The notes below the pieces were generated by a model. The model was not told the DNA's origin, searched no databases, and saw only the letters and a list, made by a program, of their open reading frames with translations. A DNA stretch of 64,000 nt, from contig NC_134032.1 of NCBI RefSeq assembly GCF_964204645.1, positions 1,358,316 through 1,422,315 of the forward strand. The letters are read 5' to 3'. Numbering within the stretch: position 1 is the stretch's first letter; every line of letters starts with the position of its first letter. The stretch is from Tubulanus polymorphus. Taxonomy: Eukaryota; Animalia; Nemertea. The position numbers were made by a program, and so were the translations under genes. Of this stretch, positions 13,735-27,540 are shown piece after piece.

Positions 13735-13914
13735 CCCTCCCCCTCTCTCTCTCTCTCCCCTCTCCCTCTCTCCCTCTCCCCTCCCCCTCCCCCTCCCCAT
13801 CTCCCTCCCCCTCCCCCTCCCCATCTCCCTCCCCCTCCCCCTCCCCCTCCCCCTCTCCCTCTCCCTCTCCCTCTCCCTCTCCCTCTCCCTCTCCCTCTCC
13901 CTCTCCCTCTCCCT

Positions 13915-13946
<32 letters not shown>

Positions 13947-13947
13947 C
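13735..13947. repeat. Polypyrimidine (CCCTCT/CCCCCT/CT)n tract
   Basis: About 210 bp, almost entirely C/T. Confidence 0.95.
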
Positions 13948-15012
13948 GTCCCCTCGCTCCTCATCTCTAACCCCTCGTCATTTTTTCCCCCCGTTGATCC
14001 GCGCTCGGTGTCGTGTTCGACAAAAGAAACCGGGTCTCGTATAGTCGCCAGTAATCCCGGTCGGATGAGAATTCGAACGCGTCGTAGGAAATAGAGGCAT
14101 TACGATTGGTTTGGATTTAGACGCGAGCGAGGCGCGGCTCAATAATCTCACTTAATGCCGCCGAGATAGTGTTCCAGCGTTGAATCCTCTTTACGGTAAA
14201 TCCTTCGTTAGTTTGAAGATTAGACGTCGACGTTCGTGCGTCGTTTGAACGGAATAAATCCGTAATCGCGAAACGAAATACTTCTTGATCTTTACCTTAA
14301 CCGCGGCGGCGCTCGGCGATCAAACGACACGCGAACAATTCGAACGTCGTTTTTGAAAAAGCCGAGCGGATATTTTCGTCGTAAATTGAAGTCGTTCGTG
14401 ACCAGGTTTTTTGCGCGCGAGAGTTCGTCGCTCGGTGGAGAAAGATCTGCGTCGGTCTGTCTGTCTGTCCGTCTGTTCAACCCCGCGGTCTCTACGACCC
14501 CTCGATTGCTTCAAAACTACTTCTAAATTTGAATTGCTTGAAACTCCTTCGATTTCAGCAAAATGCTCGAAACTCCTTTTATTTTGAGAAATAGGCGATT
14601 AGAAATTTTTCATTAGACTAGATACTAAATCGTATTAGTTGGGACGAGGATATGCCCAATCAGGCGGTTACTGAATTAGAAATCAAGTTCAGATAGTGAA
14701 AGCTTATTAAACCACTGAATTAACGGTTTTACTGCGATAAACAGTACCGATTTAGGAGTAATTGAGATATGTAAGTGATGCAGAATTGTCTGAAAGTTCT
14801 TCAATTTTGAGAAATAGACCATTAGAAATTTTAGTCTAGTTTGTAGTTGTACAGTAAACTACGCGTAAATCGTTAATTACCGGTTTACCAAAATAATCAG
14901 TACCGGTTCAGGAGGAAGGAGTCGACTGTAATTGGGACATGAAAGTGATGCAGACGCTTCCTCAAATTTTGAAACTCCTTGAAGACTCTTATCCGGCAAT
15001 GACTGATCAGTA

Positions 15013-15905
15013 GGGACCAGTTGTGAGTAAGATTTAACTCTGAACTCAGGATCCAGTTCCACGGTTGTGAGTTAGAGTTAACTCTGAACTCTGGATCCAG
15101 TTCCACGGTTGTGAGTTAGAGTTAACTCTGAACTCTGGATCCAGTTCCACAGTTGTGAGTTAGAGTTAACTGTGAACTCAGGATCCAGTTCCACAGTTGT
15201 GAGTCAGAGTTAACTGTGAACTCAGGATCCAGTTCCACAGTTGTGAGTCAGAGTTAACTCTGAACTCAGGATCCAGTTCCACGGTTGTGAGTTAGAGTTA
15301 ACTCTGAACTCTGGATCCAGTTCCACGGTTGTGAGTTAGAGTTAACTCTGAACTCTGGATCCAGTTCCACGGTTGTGAGTTAGAGTTAACTCTGAACTCA
15401 GGATCCAGTTCCACGGTTGTGAGTTAGAGTTAACTCTGAACTCAGGATCCAGTTCCACGGTTGTGAGTAAGAGTTAACTCTGAACTCAGGATCCAGTTCC
15501 ACGGTTGTGAGTAAGAGTTAACTCTGAACTCAGGATCCAGTTCCACGGTTGTGAGTAAGAGTTAACTCTGAACTCTGGATCCAGTTCCACGGTTGTGAGT
15601 AAGAGTTAACTCTGAACTCTGGATCCAGTTCCACAGTTGTGAGTTAGAGTTAACTCTGAACTCTGGATCCAGTTCCACAGTTGTGAGTTAGAGTTAACTC
15701 TGAACTCAGGATCCAGTTCCACGGTTGTGAGTTAGAGTTAACTCTGAACTCAGGATCCAGTTCCACAGTTGTGAGTTAGAGCTAACTCTGAACTCAGGAT
15801 ACAGTTCCACGGTCGTGAGTTAGAGCTAACTCTGAGTTAAAATTAGTTCATTTTCGATGTTTTAACTCAGGGTCAAATCTTAACTCAGAACTGTGGAACT
15901 GGACC
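15013..15905. repeat. 44-bp satellite derived from one end of the GAGTTAACTC MITE, about 19 units, ending in a full MITE
   Basis: Unit GGATCCAGTTCCACGGTTGTGAGTTAGAGTTAACTCTGAACTCA. Confidence 0.92.
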
Positions 15906-16593
15906 CTGAACGTTTTCTTTGATCCACTTCTCTCCACCTCCCTCCCATCCTCTTTCAGCTCTCCTCCTATCCTATCTTTGCCTCTCTCTCTCTCTCTCTC
16001 TTCAATCCCCCCGTTCGATACTCCCCGGTGATTCTATCCCCCCCACCACCCCCCCTGCGCGCGCGGCGTGTATATCTCATACCGCTGGTATAAGGCGTGC
16101 GTTGGTTCTCTCTGAGATTTATCCCGGGTAAATTGTCACGACGGATCGGTAAGGTTTCGTTGTCGAGCTAAAAGGCTTTGTCGGGTCAATTTTGTCGTGC
16201 TGCGCGAGTCTGATGGGAGATTCGAGGAGATTAGCCCTAATCCAACGACAGATTGAACGAGACTTTGTTTCACGGAGTTTCATTTAGAAAAACTATCGTT
16301 GACGACGGTCGCCGTCTCACCGTGTGTTGTGTAGACTCAGCTGAATAAAGTAAAAAAAAATAGCAACGACTTGAATTTGAAATCGTTTTGACATCCGCGG
16401 ACGTGAGGACGGACTGGACGATCGGATCTCATTGTTGTTGTTGTCAACGGTTACGTAATTGAAGTCTCTTCTCTTTATCTTGACGAAAAAAAAAAACTTA
16501 ATATATCTCGCTTTTGGTGAGAGATTTGGCCCAGGGACACGGTCGCGACTTCAGTCGATAAGTCGTATATAAGTCGTAAGGTTTAGACTGTAG

Positions 16594-16868
16594 GCGTCAG
16601 TTGCATAGTTATCGCTTAGACTTAAGACCAGTCTAAGACCGACTTAGTTCTATAGCTAATCTAACAACTTTAGACCAGTCTTAAGACTTAAGCCCACTTT
16701 TGGACTTAAGTCTCGACCATTGGAACTGGCCCCAGGAGTCAGTTCCATAGTCAAGACGTAACACTAAAAGTGGTCTTAAACCTTAAGACTGGTCTTAAAT
16801 TGTTCTAAGTTGGTCTAAGTTGGTCTTAGACCGGTCTTAAGTCTAAGCCCTGACTATGTAACCGGCCC
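16594..16868. mobile_element. Two inverted, abutting CTTAAGAC-family MITEs
   Basis: 16594-16732 and 16736-16868, separated and followed by CAG. Confidence 0.75.
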
Positions 16869-17269
16869 CAGATGTTTAGTTGTTGTTAGATTGACTATAT
16901 AGAATGAAGATCAGCTTAGACTAGTCTCAAGTTGTTAGATTTGCTACTTATTTAAGATTGGTCCTAGACTCTATATAGCCTTGTTGAATTGACTATGGAA
17001 CAACGAAGATGTTCATAGACCTGACTTAAATCTGTCTGTACAAAAGATAATTGGAAAAATGTGTGTTTCTTTCGTCAGTTGCTCTTACGCTGGTTAAACC
17101 TACTCTCTTACATGGTATGCAGCTAGTTACTTGTGCCCTGTAGGTAGATCGCGACCCAGTGGTCACGAGGGCTAGGACACAGTAACACAGCTGCCGGTTT
17201 AGCCTTGTGCCCAGAGAGACAGCCCGGTTCCACGCTTGTTCGCTAAGTCGGTGCTCATGCGGCGTCCAG

Positions 17270-17829
17270 GGTCCAGTTCTACAGTTCCGAGTTTAGATTC
17301 AACTCTGAGTTCACTCATTGAAAATGAACTAACTTTAACTCAGAGTTAACTATAACTCACAACTGTGGAACTGGATCCTGAGTTAAGATTTGACCCCGGG
17401 TTGAAACATCGAAAATGAACTAACTTTTACTCAGAGTTAACTCTCAACTCACAACTGTGGAACTGGATCCTGAGTTAAGATTTGACCCCGGGTTGAAACA
17501 TCGAAAATGAACTAACTTTAACTCAGAGTTAACTCTAACTCACAACTGTGGAACTGGATCCTGAGTTAAGATTTTGACTCTGAGTTAAATCATTGAAAAT
17601 GAACTTTAACTCAGAGTTAACTCTAACTCACAACTGTGGAACTGGATCCTGAGTTAAGATTTTGACTCTGAGTTAAAACATTGAAAATGAACTAACTTAA
17701 ACTCAGAGTTAACTTTAAGTCACAACTGTGGAACTGGATCCTGAGTTAAGATTTTGACTCTGAGTTAAATCATTGAAAATGAACTTTAACTCAGAGTTAA
17801 CTCTCAACTCACAACTGTGGAACTGGGTC
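17270..17829. repeat. Tandem hexamer (about 90-bp units) of the GAGTTAACTC MITE, bounded by CAG
   Basis: Repeated MITE body between one pair of outer TIRs. Confidence 0.9.
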
Positions 17830-18387
17830 CAGTAGTTAAGCTAGAGTGCCAAAATAAATTGAACATAGATAGATTTTTCCAAACAGGGAGGAGTCTGAAA
17901 AACTCACTTAGATTATCGCACGAGATTTGTCCCCTATCAGACCCCCTGTGCCTAATTAGAGAGCGCGTTGTGGACCGGTTAAACTTCACAAAGTTTTAAT
18001 CGTCAGTTTATCATGGATTCGTCGATCGTAGGTTTTCATTTGTATGCGCGTAAATAAGTTTATCATCGAATGATATATAATTACCTGACGGACAATCGGT
18101 AGACGGACGGGCGGACGGACGGCTTACCATTGATTCGGGTATCATCTCTACCGACACAACACCCGTCGCGTAGCTCTATAATCACTCATAATTAAATACA
18201 TTAATTATTTCACTCCAAAAGCCGCTTAACGGAAATTATCTATTTTTATTTGCACTTTGCGTTAGTGAGCGAGTTGTCTCAGTATCTGGACGGATTATTA
18301 TCCCTCGTCGTCGATGCCAACGACGACGATATCGATTACAAGTTTTGATTACTTTCACTGGATTTGTACGACTGTAAAACTGAGCGG

Positions 18388-18715
18388 GTGGCGAGTGAGC
18401 ATCCACCAGGTGTCGCTAGTGTGCAGTAGGACACCGGCGCTGGGCTCACTGTTGCTGTGGCGAGTGAGCATCCACCAGGTGTCGCTAGTGTGCAGTAGGA
18501 CACCGGCGCTGGGCTCACTGTTGCTGTGGCGAGTGAGCATCCACCAGGTGTCGCTAGTGTGCAGTAGGACACCGGCGCTGGGCTCATTGTTGCTGTGGCG
18601 AGTGAGCATCCACCAGGTGTCGCTAGTGTGCAGTAGGATATCAATTACTGTGGCAATAGACAATTCCACTTGTCGCAAGTGAGGATCCACCAGGTGTCGC
18701 TAGTGTACAGTAGGA
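18388..18715. repeat. 69-bp minisatellite carrying CCACCAGGTGTCGCTAGTG (5 copies)
   Basis: Direct reading of the units. Confidence 0.9.
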
Positions 18716-20152
18716 CGCGACTATAAATAGCATTCTTCGGTGCTGCTTCAAAGTGATGTAAATTTTCTTCTGACATTTTCTCATATTCTTTCGGCGTCGA
18801 GTTCTTCTTTTTTTTTTTGTTCAGAAAAAACCTCCGCTAAGTAACTGAACTTATGTAAGACTTTCCCCGCAGGGCGACTGGAGGGGGTGAAGATATATTT
18901 TTTTTCAGTTGATTTCATTAAGAATATTTTACGACGAAGAAGAAGCCCTCACTCTCTCTCACTCTCTCTCTCTCATCTCTTATATATTAAATCCTTCCTG
19001 TTCTATTCTGACGTACATACAGTAAGACAGAGATAAAGGTGAGAAACCCATTATCAGTTCAATGTAAAGGGATTACGCGGCCCGAAGTCTTGACTCTTGA
19101 AATCCGATTAAGCTCTACGCCTCTCGAACGCTGGATGAAGATAAACCCTTCAAAGTCATGCAGAATATTGCGACGACGAAAGACATATTTTTTTTTCTTT
19201 ATTTTCCCTTCTTTTTTTTTTTTTGATGAAAATTCATCGTGTTTTGGTTTTCATTGTTTTCGCGTCGGGATTGTTTGATTTTCGACTAGACACATACCGG
19301 TATTTGACGCGCAAGCGCGACGTGTCTTCAACTCTCCGGATCTTGGCGTCTTAGGAAATATTGTTGCGAACTCTTTAATCTTCGTTGATTTGTAATTCCA
19401 ACAATTTCTATTTGTCGGGATGAGAGATGAAAGGGCGGGTGCGTCACAATCGTACCGGGGCTTAACCGAGGATTTGAAAATATTCTGAAAAGCGGTCGGA
19501 GGATAAATTTTCCGATATAGGTCCTCTGAATAGAGTTCACTTTTCAGGTGAAATCGTGAAAGTGCTGAAAAGTGCTTTTTACACTGATTTACACAAATTT
19601 CCACCGACGAATTTCGACGCATTCGAATTTCGCGTTTTTTCAGTTACAACTTAGTCAAAATTTCGAAGCGGTCGTTTCTTTTTAGATTTTAAATTCGTTT
19701 GCAAATGCGTTCGGGAAAAAGTTCTGACTGTTACAAACCTCGCAATCGAAATCGAAATAAAGTCAAACGTAGGCTTAGAACGAAAATGAAAATAATAAAG
19801 GGAGGCCGCAAATAATAAAATGATAATCTACGAGAATGAATTTAACGATATCCTGAAAAATTCTGGCGCTGCTGTGGTTCAAAAGTCGGGTAGTTGTTAT
19901 TCAAAGACTATGTATTATTTATGTTTAAGAAACTGATAAGGTCCTCGCAAAAAAAAAAATTTCTTTTCAAGGAGATTTTAAGGAGAGGATTTGATATCAT
20001 TGTAGAGCATTATTAGATATGCATTTTTATTTTATCACATTGATCAAGGGTCAACGATAATTAGGGGAATACCCCTTTCTCTCTCCTATCTCTCACATGA
20101 TAGTTATTATATAAAAATGAAAATAAAATTATTTTATTATTATTATTATTAA

Positions 20153-20189
<37 letters not shown>

Positions 20190-21201
20190 GATGATATATG
20201 ATAATATACTAAATAAATTCCAGTTTAATATCGAGTCATTGATGTTCCGACTGCTATTGACAGGTAAGGGGGGTTGAGTGGATGAAGGGGGCGCTGTTTG
20301 AAGTAAAGGGGCTCAGCTGGCCCGAGTTAATCTCGTTGAAATTTCGCGATATTTCGTTCGCATCGCGACCGCCGAGATAATCGGTTTAACATCTCGCGGC
20401 TCGCCGGCGCGCTCTCGCATAAATCCCGAAGACGGAGACTTCATTTTTCGAAATAAAGCGAAAAAATCCGCCGCAAGAAGAATGAAGAAAAAGAGCGAGG
20501 AGAAATAGTTCTTTTTAGTCGCCGCGTCGCGGCTCAGGTCGGTCGGATGGATTCACGTATTTGAATACGTCTGGTGATAATTACGACGTGAAATACTATT
20601 GATGTATTTCAATTATAGATAATTCAATACATGTTTTGCCGTTTGATGGATTCCAGTTTGCCCGGACAGAAAGGGGGGGTTAATTATCGGGGGTCTGCTG
20701 ATTCCACGTTACCACGTGAGGGAGCTTTACCGTCGAACCCGGGAGGGGAAGATTAGAGAACCGTCTATGAAACGCTGTGTCCGCGTTGTGACGGTATGTA
20801 AAGAATTCGACACTAATAAAACATAAAAATGGACAAAATGATCTTCAACCTTGTAATAATGCTATTTCCAAAATCTCGATGTATTAAATTAGGCAGCCAA
20901 GAAAACTCACCCCAATCAGTCGCTTGTCAGTTCAGACTGAATGGAAGATTGTTTGAATGAACCGGAACCGCAATTTCCCAATTATATACTTCGATTTAAA
21001 AAGAAAAATTCTGTTAACTCGACCGCCGATCACACAACTATATTTGTACTTTGATTTCAAAATCAAACCCCCTGTTTCGCTGCCGGCGGGTGTGGCGGGT
21101 CTGTAAGGGGCGCTCAGTCAAAAAATCAAACGAAATTTACCAACCAAATAAATAAAAAGGACAATCCCTATTTTAAGATCAATAAAACAAGAAAATTGAA
21201 A

Positions 21202-21362
21202 TCTGAAAAGTTTCCTTAAAGCTGATAATTTATTAATTCAACAATCGACTAAAACCTAATAGTCATGATCGGTAATTACGAGTTAACAAAGCTGAAGATG
21301 ACTATTAGGTTTTAGTCGATTGTTGAAACGATGAATTATCGGCTTTAGGGCAACCTTTCAGA
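21202..21362. mobile_element. Degenerate Penelope-like fold-back with a broken hammerhead
   Basis: Inverted arms. CTGAAGA-T-GACTA(ttaggttt)TAGTC-GA at 21292, with the GAAA motif disrupted. Confidence 0.55.
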
Positions 21363-23689
21363 CATCATCTTTCTGGGGTTTTTTTTTGCGTCAGGATTCT
21401 CGCTATATATTTCTGAAGACTATAGAAGCAGAGCAGTGGATGAGAGGGTGGTGACAGGGGGGTTCACTGCTGATATCACTGACTGCTGTTTCATGTCCTT
21501 TCAGCGCGTTGAAAATGTCGATACTTTGAATGTCTGTCGTTTTTTTTTTTGTTTTTGTTTTTCATCCATTAAGGAGACATTAAAAAAATATATATGACTT
21601 CTCATAGTGTTCGTAGGATGTTAATTTTTTTACGGGGAGAGTCAGCTTGCTTTTATTATTGATTTATGGTCTATTGATATTTTTACGATCGACTATTTCT
21701 ATACTAGGCCTATTTCTTATAGAATGTGTACGTTCATGACATGTATGAATAGTTAACGAATTGAGTGTGCGGGATGGATCCAAGGGGAGGCTGCAGGGGT
21801 ACGCGCTGTCCCCCTTATAATTCCCAGATATTATACCTCAATATGAAACGTATTAAACCAGTACCTGGAAAAGTTAAAATTCATTATGACATTAGTTTTT
21901 TTGATTTCCAAAAATGAGTTAATATTTTATCCGATGAGCTTTCTTTCTTTCGCGATGCGCTTTATGCCCTATTGTGGGGGTGCGTCGTTCCCCGATTTCG
22001 ACCCAAGATCTGCTCCTGCTGGGCGTGTCCGCTTGCTTCTGACCGATTCACCGGTGTTGAAGAAGTATTGGCCACGGGTATTGCATCAACCCCGTATAGG
22101 TATCGCACGGGCTAAGTAATTTAAGCCGGAATAAATTTAAATGGCGTCCTGATGGTAGCCATCGCGATCATGAAACATCGACCTAACTTACAAATTCATG
22201 AATCTTTACAATTGAGTAGAAATTCTAAATATTCTCTCTAAATTACCATACGAAATATAAACGAACGTTTTCGCGCAATAGAAAAAAATCTCGCGACAAC
22301 AGTTTAAGAATATATTTGAATATTTTACTCGCCGAATAAAACTTTTGTTGTATTCTTTGTTTTTATTAACTATATTATCATATGAAAGAAGCGCGCGTCA
22401 TTTCGTTTGTGTCGATTGAGAAAAACGTTTCAATTTTTCGACGGTTAATTTTCGGCATAAAATTCGCATTAAATTCCGCCGGTTCGTGTGCGAGTGAATT
22501 ATGAATCGGTCGCGTCTTCGCTGTTTAACGTCGGTAAATATCGCGCCGAGTAACAGGTTCTAGCCGGTGATTATAATATCGGCGATGAATAAATTATTGT
22601 AATGTGACGATCAACAGTCGAGAGACTACAATAAGATTTTATCAGTCGATAACAGATTGTCATCCGACGACAGATTGTTCGCTTGTCGGCTGTTTGTCCG
22701 TTTATCGTTTTGTGAATTCGATGAATTTATTTTCTCAACGACATTTGCGCAGCTATCATTGTTTAGACTCCGAGGGCTGATTTCGGGGATGGACGAGGTG
22801 GATTGGTCTAACCCCTCCCAAATTTGAATGTGCCCTCCAAAGAGTACGGAGTTTCGTTTTTTTTTGCGTGGAAATTTTTAGAAAGACACAAAAATAATTC
22901 TGATTGTGCCGCCTTGATGGCCGGAAAGGCCCCATTTTGTTCTCTCAATTATCTGTGTCTAAACCCCTGCTCTGCTGGCGGCCCTCATATTGCTACGTGC
23001 TTGTTTTAAATTATGTGCCCTTTTAAATTTGCGGGTACACCCCCCTTCAAAGAATCCTTGTTCCGCCCTTGGTGTCTGGATTCAGTTCCACGTTTTCATC
23101 GACTATTTCGACCATTTTGTGGATCCAATACCATACAGTAGTGTGGATTGAATTTGTCTCCAGTTCCGCATTCGAGAGAGATCCACAGTTATGTGGGTTT
23201 AATTTGTCTTCGCACCTATTTCCACGGTTTCGCAGGGGCTCGATTTGACGTCATATAGCCAATCCCACGGTCATGAGGTGTCTCATTCAGTTCGGATAAT
23301 TTCGAAAATAGAATAGTCAGGATGTAAGGACCCCTCCCCCCCTCCCTAGAGAGGAAGGTGTGGCGTTACCAGTGAGGAAACATTTCGCAAGTCTTAGTAT
23401 TATCACTTCTTAACCACTAATTGTCCTAATCGATAAATGACATCAAGTTTTCACACATATGTTATTATGGAGAAGAACAAATTTTCAGATGAGTTGTAAT
23501 CCTTTTTACACTTGGACGCGATATGAAAATGATATTAGATTCGAAAAAATATGTTAATCGGCTTTTCAAAAGTGAATTGAATTCATATCTTCTTCTTCCG
23601 ATATCTGTCAACATCAACTGGTTGATGAAACACAGTGTATAGGTGCGTGCAAATAAATATATACGGACATTACTAATACATTTAGTATT

Positions 23690-24275
<586 letters not shown>

Positions 24276-24873
24276 GTGGAGATTTCGGATGGACGCCCAA
24301 CCTACCCGCGCTGAATAAGTTCGTTCTGAAATTTCTGGTTTAGACAGGAACGGGTTAATTGGGAAATAAGCTGGTTATAACTATAAGTAGTTAACCAACT
24401 TTACTGACTGGTTAAAACTGGTTAAACTTGACCAGTGGATTCAACACTAAGGGTTTAAGATAACCCCTTGTTTAATCCCCCCGGCAGGTGTGGAGGTGTC
24501 GTGGGCTTTTGAATGGACGACAAATTGAATCAAATCAACGAAACGAAATCTAATAAATTGAGAGACGCAATCTTTATTTTAAGATCAGAAAAGCTGGCCA
24601 GCGGATAACCAACATTAAAAACCGATTAAATTACCGTTGATGAAACACTCGTTGTGAGGTTGAAATATATAAGGAATCATCTGACTTATTGATGGAAAAA
24701 AGTTAAAGGAAACTTTTCAGAATTCGTCTATCTTTCTCATGATGTTAAGTCGCTATATATATAAAACTGATTGAAGTTCATGATTGGTTTGATAATTCTT
24801 AACGTGTGTGTAACTGAAACACAAGATAAACACGTGAGAAATAGCACTTTTCATAGTAAAATACCAAGACTCC

Positions 24874-25036
24874 AGGGCTGGGTTTCATAGATGTGGCAGA
24901 AAGATAGTCCCTGGGAATATTTTGAAATTCGTCAGTTATAACCATGGTTTCTCATTGTTACTACGGGTGGTTGTCACCCGGATTGAGGATTTACCCCTAG
25001 GGATAACTTCGATGCTCAGTCTATGAAACCGGGCCC
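24874..25036. mobile_element. Harbinger-like MITE, same family as 1815-1973
   Basis: TIR GGGCTGGGTTTCATAGA / TCTATGAAACCGGGCCC. Confidence 0.8.
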
Positions 25037-25189
25037 CGAGAGGTTTTGTGACTTACACAGGAAAAATGAAGTAAAAAAACTAAGTTAGAAAAGAATCAGG
25101 AAGGAAACGTGATAGTTTCAGCTGATACGGTGAACAGTTTTAGGTTGTTTTATCGACGGTGATTTTATTTTCTGTCTCTCGTCGTCAAT

Positions 25190-25425
25190 CGACCAATCAC
25201 AGACTCTCGCGTATTTACGCTTTCCATATTAATCCGCCCTTTAGTGTATCCCGTTGACGAGGGCACGCGAGCGCGCGGCGATAAATTCTTTCACTGCGAT
25301 GTGAATTGTTAGTGAGTAACGCACGCGCTCACGGGAGATATTTAACACTCTCATATATCGACGGGAGACACTCGCACACACGCGCGTCGTCAGTGTCAGT
25401 CAACAGTCGTTTAATCTCATTCAGA
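25190..25425 (+). promoter_or_regulatory. Candidate internal promoter of the dve/SATB locus
   Basis: CCAAT at 25193, GC box CCGCCC at 25234, CpG-rich stretch, Inr-like TCAGTG/TCAGTC (25390-25401) and TCATTC (25417), about 430 nt before the ATG. Confidence 0.5.
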
Positions 25426-25839
25426 ACAGGGTTTAATTGTTTAACGACCGCGCGGCTTCTAATCGGCGCAATCGAACGGGACTCCGATGACTCTCGAGTC
25501 GTCTATAGCCTACGGTGAACGGCGATGTCGAAGTGACTGAAAGAGTCATCTGAAACATTTACAGCGGCCGAACTGACTTTTTTTTCGCGGTTATCATTCG
25601 GAACTCGTCTTAACAGTCTAAACCACGCGACGTTGTATACAGATTTGGAGTCCGACTCTCGAGTCTCTTCGAAATGACTTCGACTTGAGAGTCTCTTCGG
25701 AAAGGACTTCGACGTCGTTTTTTTTTTGTCGGGAATAAACGATTGAGGATTTTTGAACTGACCTCGGTAGAGCTTCATGCGCACGTCGGCTGTATTTATA
25801 CGACTCGTAAATATTTCTCGGTTATTTCGGTGGTGAACT

Positions 25840-26005
25840 ATGACTGATTCTCGTGAGCTGTTAGGCGGCGCCGGTCTGCCGCCGACGTTCGGATTCCCGG
25901 CCTACTGGCCGCCCGGGATGGATATCGCTATGACGATGCGGGAGGCCGCTGAAGCCGTCAATCTCGGCTCGTCGACGATGATGCCCGATCAGCCGTGCCC
26001 GTCAG
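25840..26005 (+). CDS. dve: First coding exon of the short (internal-promoter) isoform of the dve/SATB locus
   Basis: ATG at 25840 with an in-frame TGA 3 nt upstream. MTDSRELLGG...PDQPCPS. Donor TCAG|gtact, phase 1, joins 30557 in frame. Confidence 0.75.
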
Positions 26006-26133
26006 GTACTATTTTAATAAATCTCTCATACCTGGTCTTATACCAGCAGTCTTAATACCAGTGATCTGCAATGTTTTAGGGCGAGATCGTTGATTTTTAC
26101 ACTTTTTCTTAAGTAGTTACTCGTCATCACCTG

Positions 26134-26335
26134 GGTCCAGTTCCACAGTTGTGAGTTAAGATTTGACTCTGAGTTAACTCACTGAAAATGAACTGATTTT
26201 AACTCAGAGTTAACTCTAACTCGCGACTGTGGAACTGGGTCCTGGGGCCGGTTGCACAGTCATGTTTTAAGTCCAAAAGTTGTCTTATATCTTAAGACTG
26301 GTCTTAAGTCTAAGCCACGACTATGCAACCGACCC
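26134..26335. mobile_element. Two abutting MITEs of different families, CTG-[26134-26241]-CTG-[26245-26335]-CTG
   Basis: TIRs of both families intact; CTG repeated three times. Confidence 0.8.
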
Positions 26336-26355
26336 CTGGGTATTTGGACTGGCTG

Positions 26356-26615
26356 CAGTGGCGGATCTGTAGGTCTGATTTAGGGACGGGATGCAGGCCC
26401 CGAAATAGGACATATCTAACGTATAATTAAGAGGCTCAACAAAAAAAGCTTATCGGAAAACATTGACTCAATTTTTGGAAATACGGAGAACAAGTTTATG
26501 AATCAAAACTTTTTCAGGTATCGATTTAATGTTTTTCATTTTTCCGCAATATTTTAGGGCAATGCGGCATTTTTAAGAGGGCACCCCCTGCACGCTCGTC
26601 TTGGATCTGCCCCTG
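26356..26615. mobile_element. Old non-autonomous DNA element with CAG(T/G)GGCGGATC-type ends (hAT-like)
   Basis: CAGTGGCGGATC ... GATCTGCCCCTG; no clear 8-bp target duplication. Confidence 0.4.
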
Positions 26616-27104
26616 GGCCGAGGGCTGGATAATTAGGGTTAGATTGCTATAGCTTTGTGAATATAGCCCGTCATGACGTCACGGTGCCAAGTTTAAGTTC
26701 TCTCTGATTAACGCTCTCTGCTCACATGTGCTGATAGTGATGTTATCACAAAAAAATTTTAAAAAATGAAATACGCGAATTACTTTAGATTCTAATAGCC
26801 GTCCTCTAGATCGGTCTAAATTTGGCCCGCTCCAATTTAGACAGATATGATACGATATAAAAGACCGATCCAGGTCTGTTCTGAGTTTTGGAACGGACTG
26901 TATGTCTGTGGACAGAAACTGGTTCGAGGTCTAAATTCTAAATCGTAATCATAACTGTCTACAGTCTTTGATTTCAATTGAAATAGAGTTTATGAATTTG
27001 ATATTATTTCATATTGCTGAAAATGATCATTATTTATCTTCGAATCTGTCCCTCGTGCGCGCGCGTCGCGGAGTAGTAATACATCTTGTTTCGGAAATAT
27101 CCTA

Positions 27105-27217
27105 GGCTCGGTATATTTATAGACCGGTATTATCTTGAACCTGGGGGTTAACTCTATTGATAATGAATTAAGTTAGCCCCCGGGTTCAAGTTAATACCAG
27201 TCTATAAAACCGGGCCC
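27105..27217. mobile_element. Hairpin MITE (related copy at 34956-35052)
   Basis: Near-palindromic element flanked by TAG. Confidence 0.65.
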
Positions 27218-27307
27218 TAGAATTAACCCCAGCTGGCTGTGAATGCACGTTAAACAACGTTACTGTCATCGAAAATTTTCTGAACCTATAAAAGCGACTC
27301 TTAAATC

Positions 27308-27540
27308 TTTAATTGAGATAAAAAAACCCACTATCTACAGATTAAAAGAATTTAAAAACAAGAATTTATTTATTCAATCTTAAATATATAGAACACACGA
27401 CGTTTCGTTCTCACCCTAGAGATCGTCGTCAGGTGTCTGAGATCGAAACGTCGAGTATTCTATATATTTTAGATTGAATAAATAAATTCTCGTTTTTAAA
27501 TTCTTTTAATCTGTAGATAGTGGGTTTTTATCCAATTAAA
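27308..27540. mobile_element. Penelope-like inverted-repeat relic with a - strand minimal hammerhead (27395-27436)
   Basis: About 100-bp inverted arms. The minus strand reads ACAC-CTGACGA-C-GATCTC(tagggt)GAGAAC-GAAA-CGT-C-GTGT. Confidence 0.7.

Noticed and set aside
13697-14094. Pro-rich or RG-repeat ORFs
   Set aside because: Translation of a polypyrimidine microsatellite.
11014-15905. Regular repeat arrays resembling CRISPR
   Set aside because: No unique spacers, no cas genes, and a eukaryotic context.
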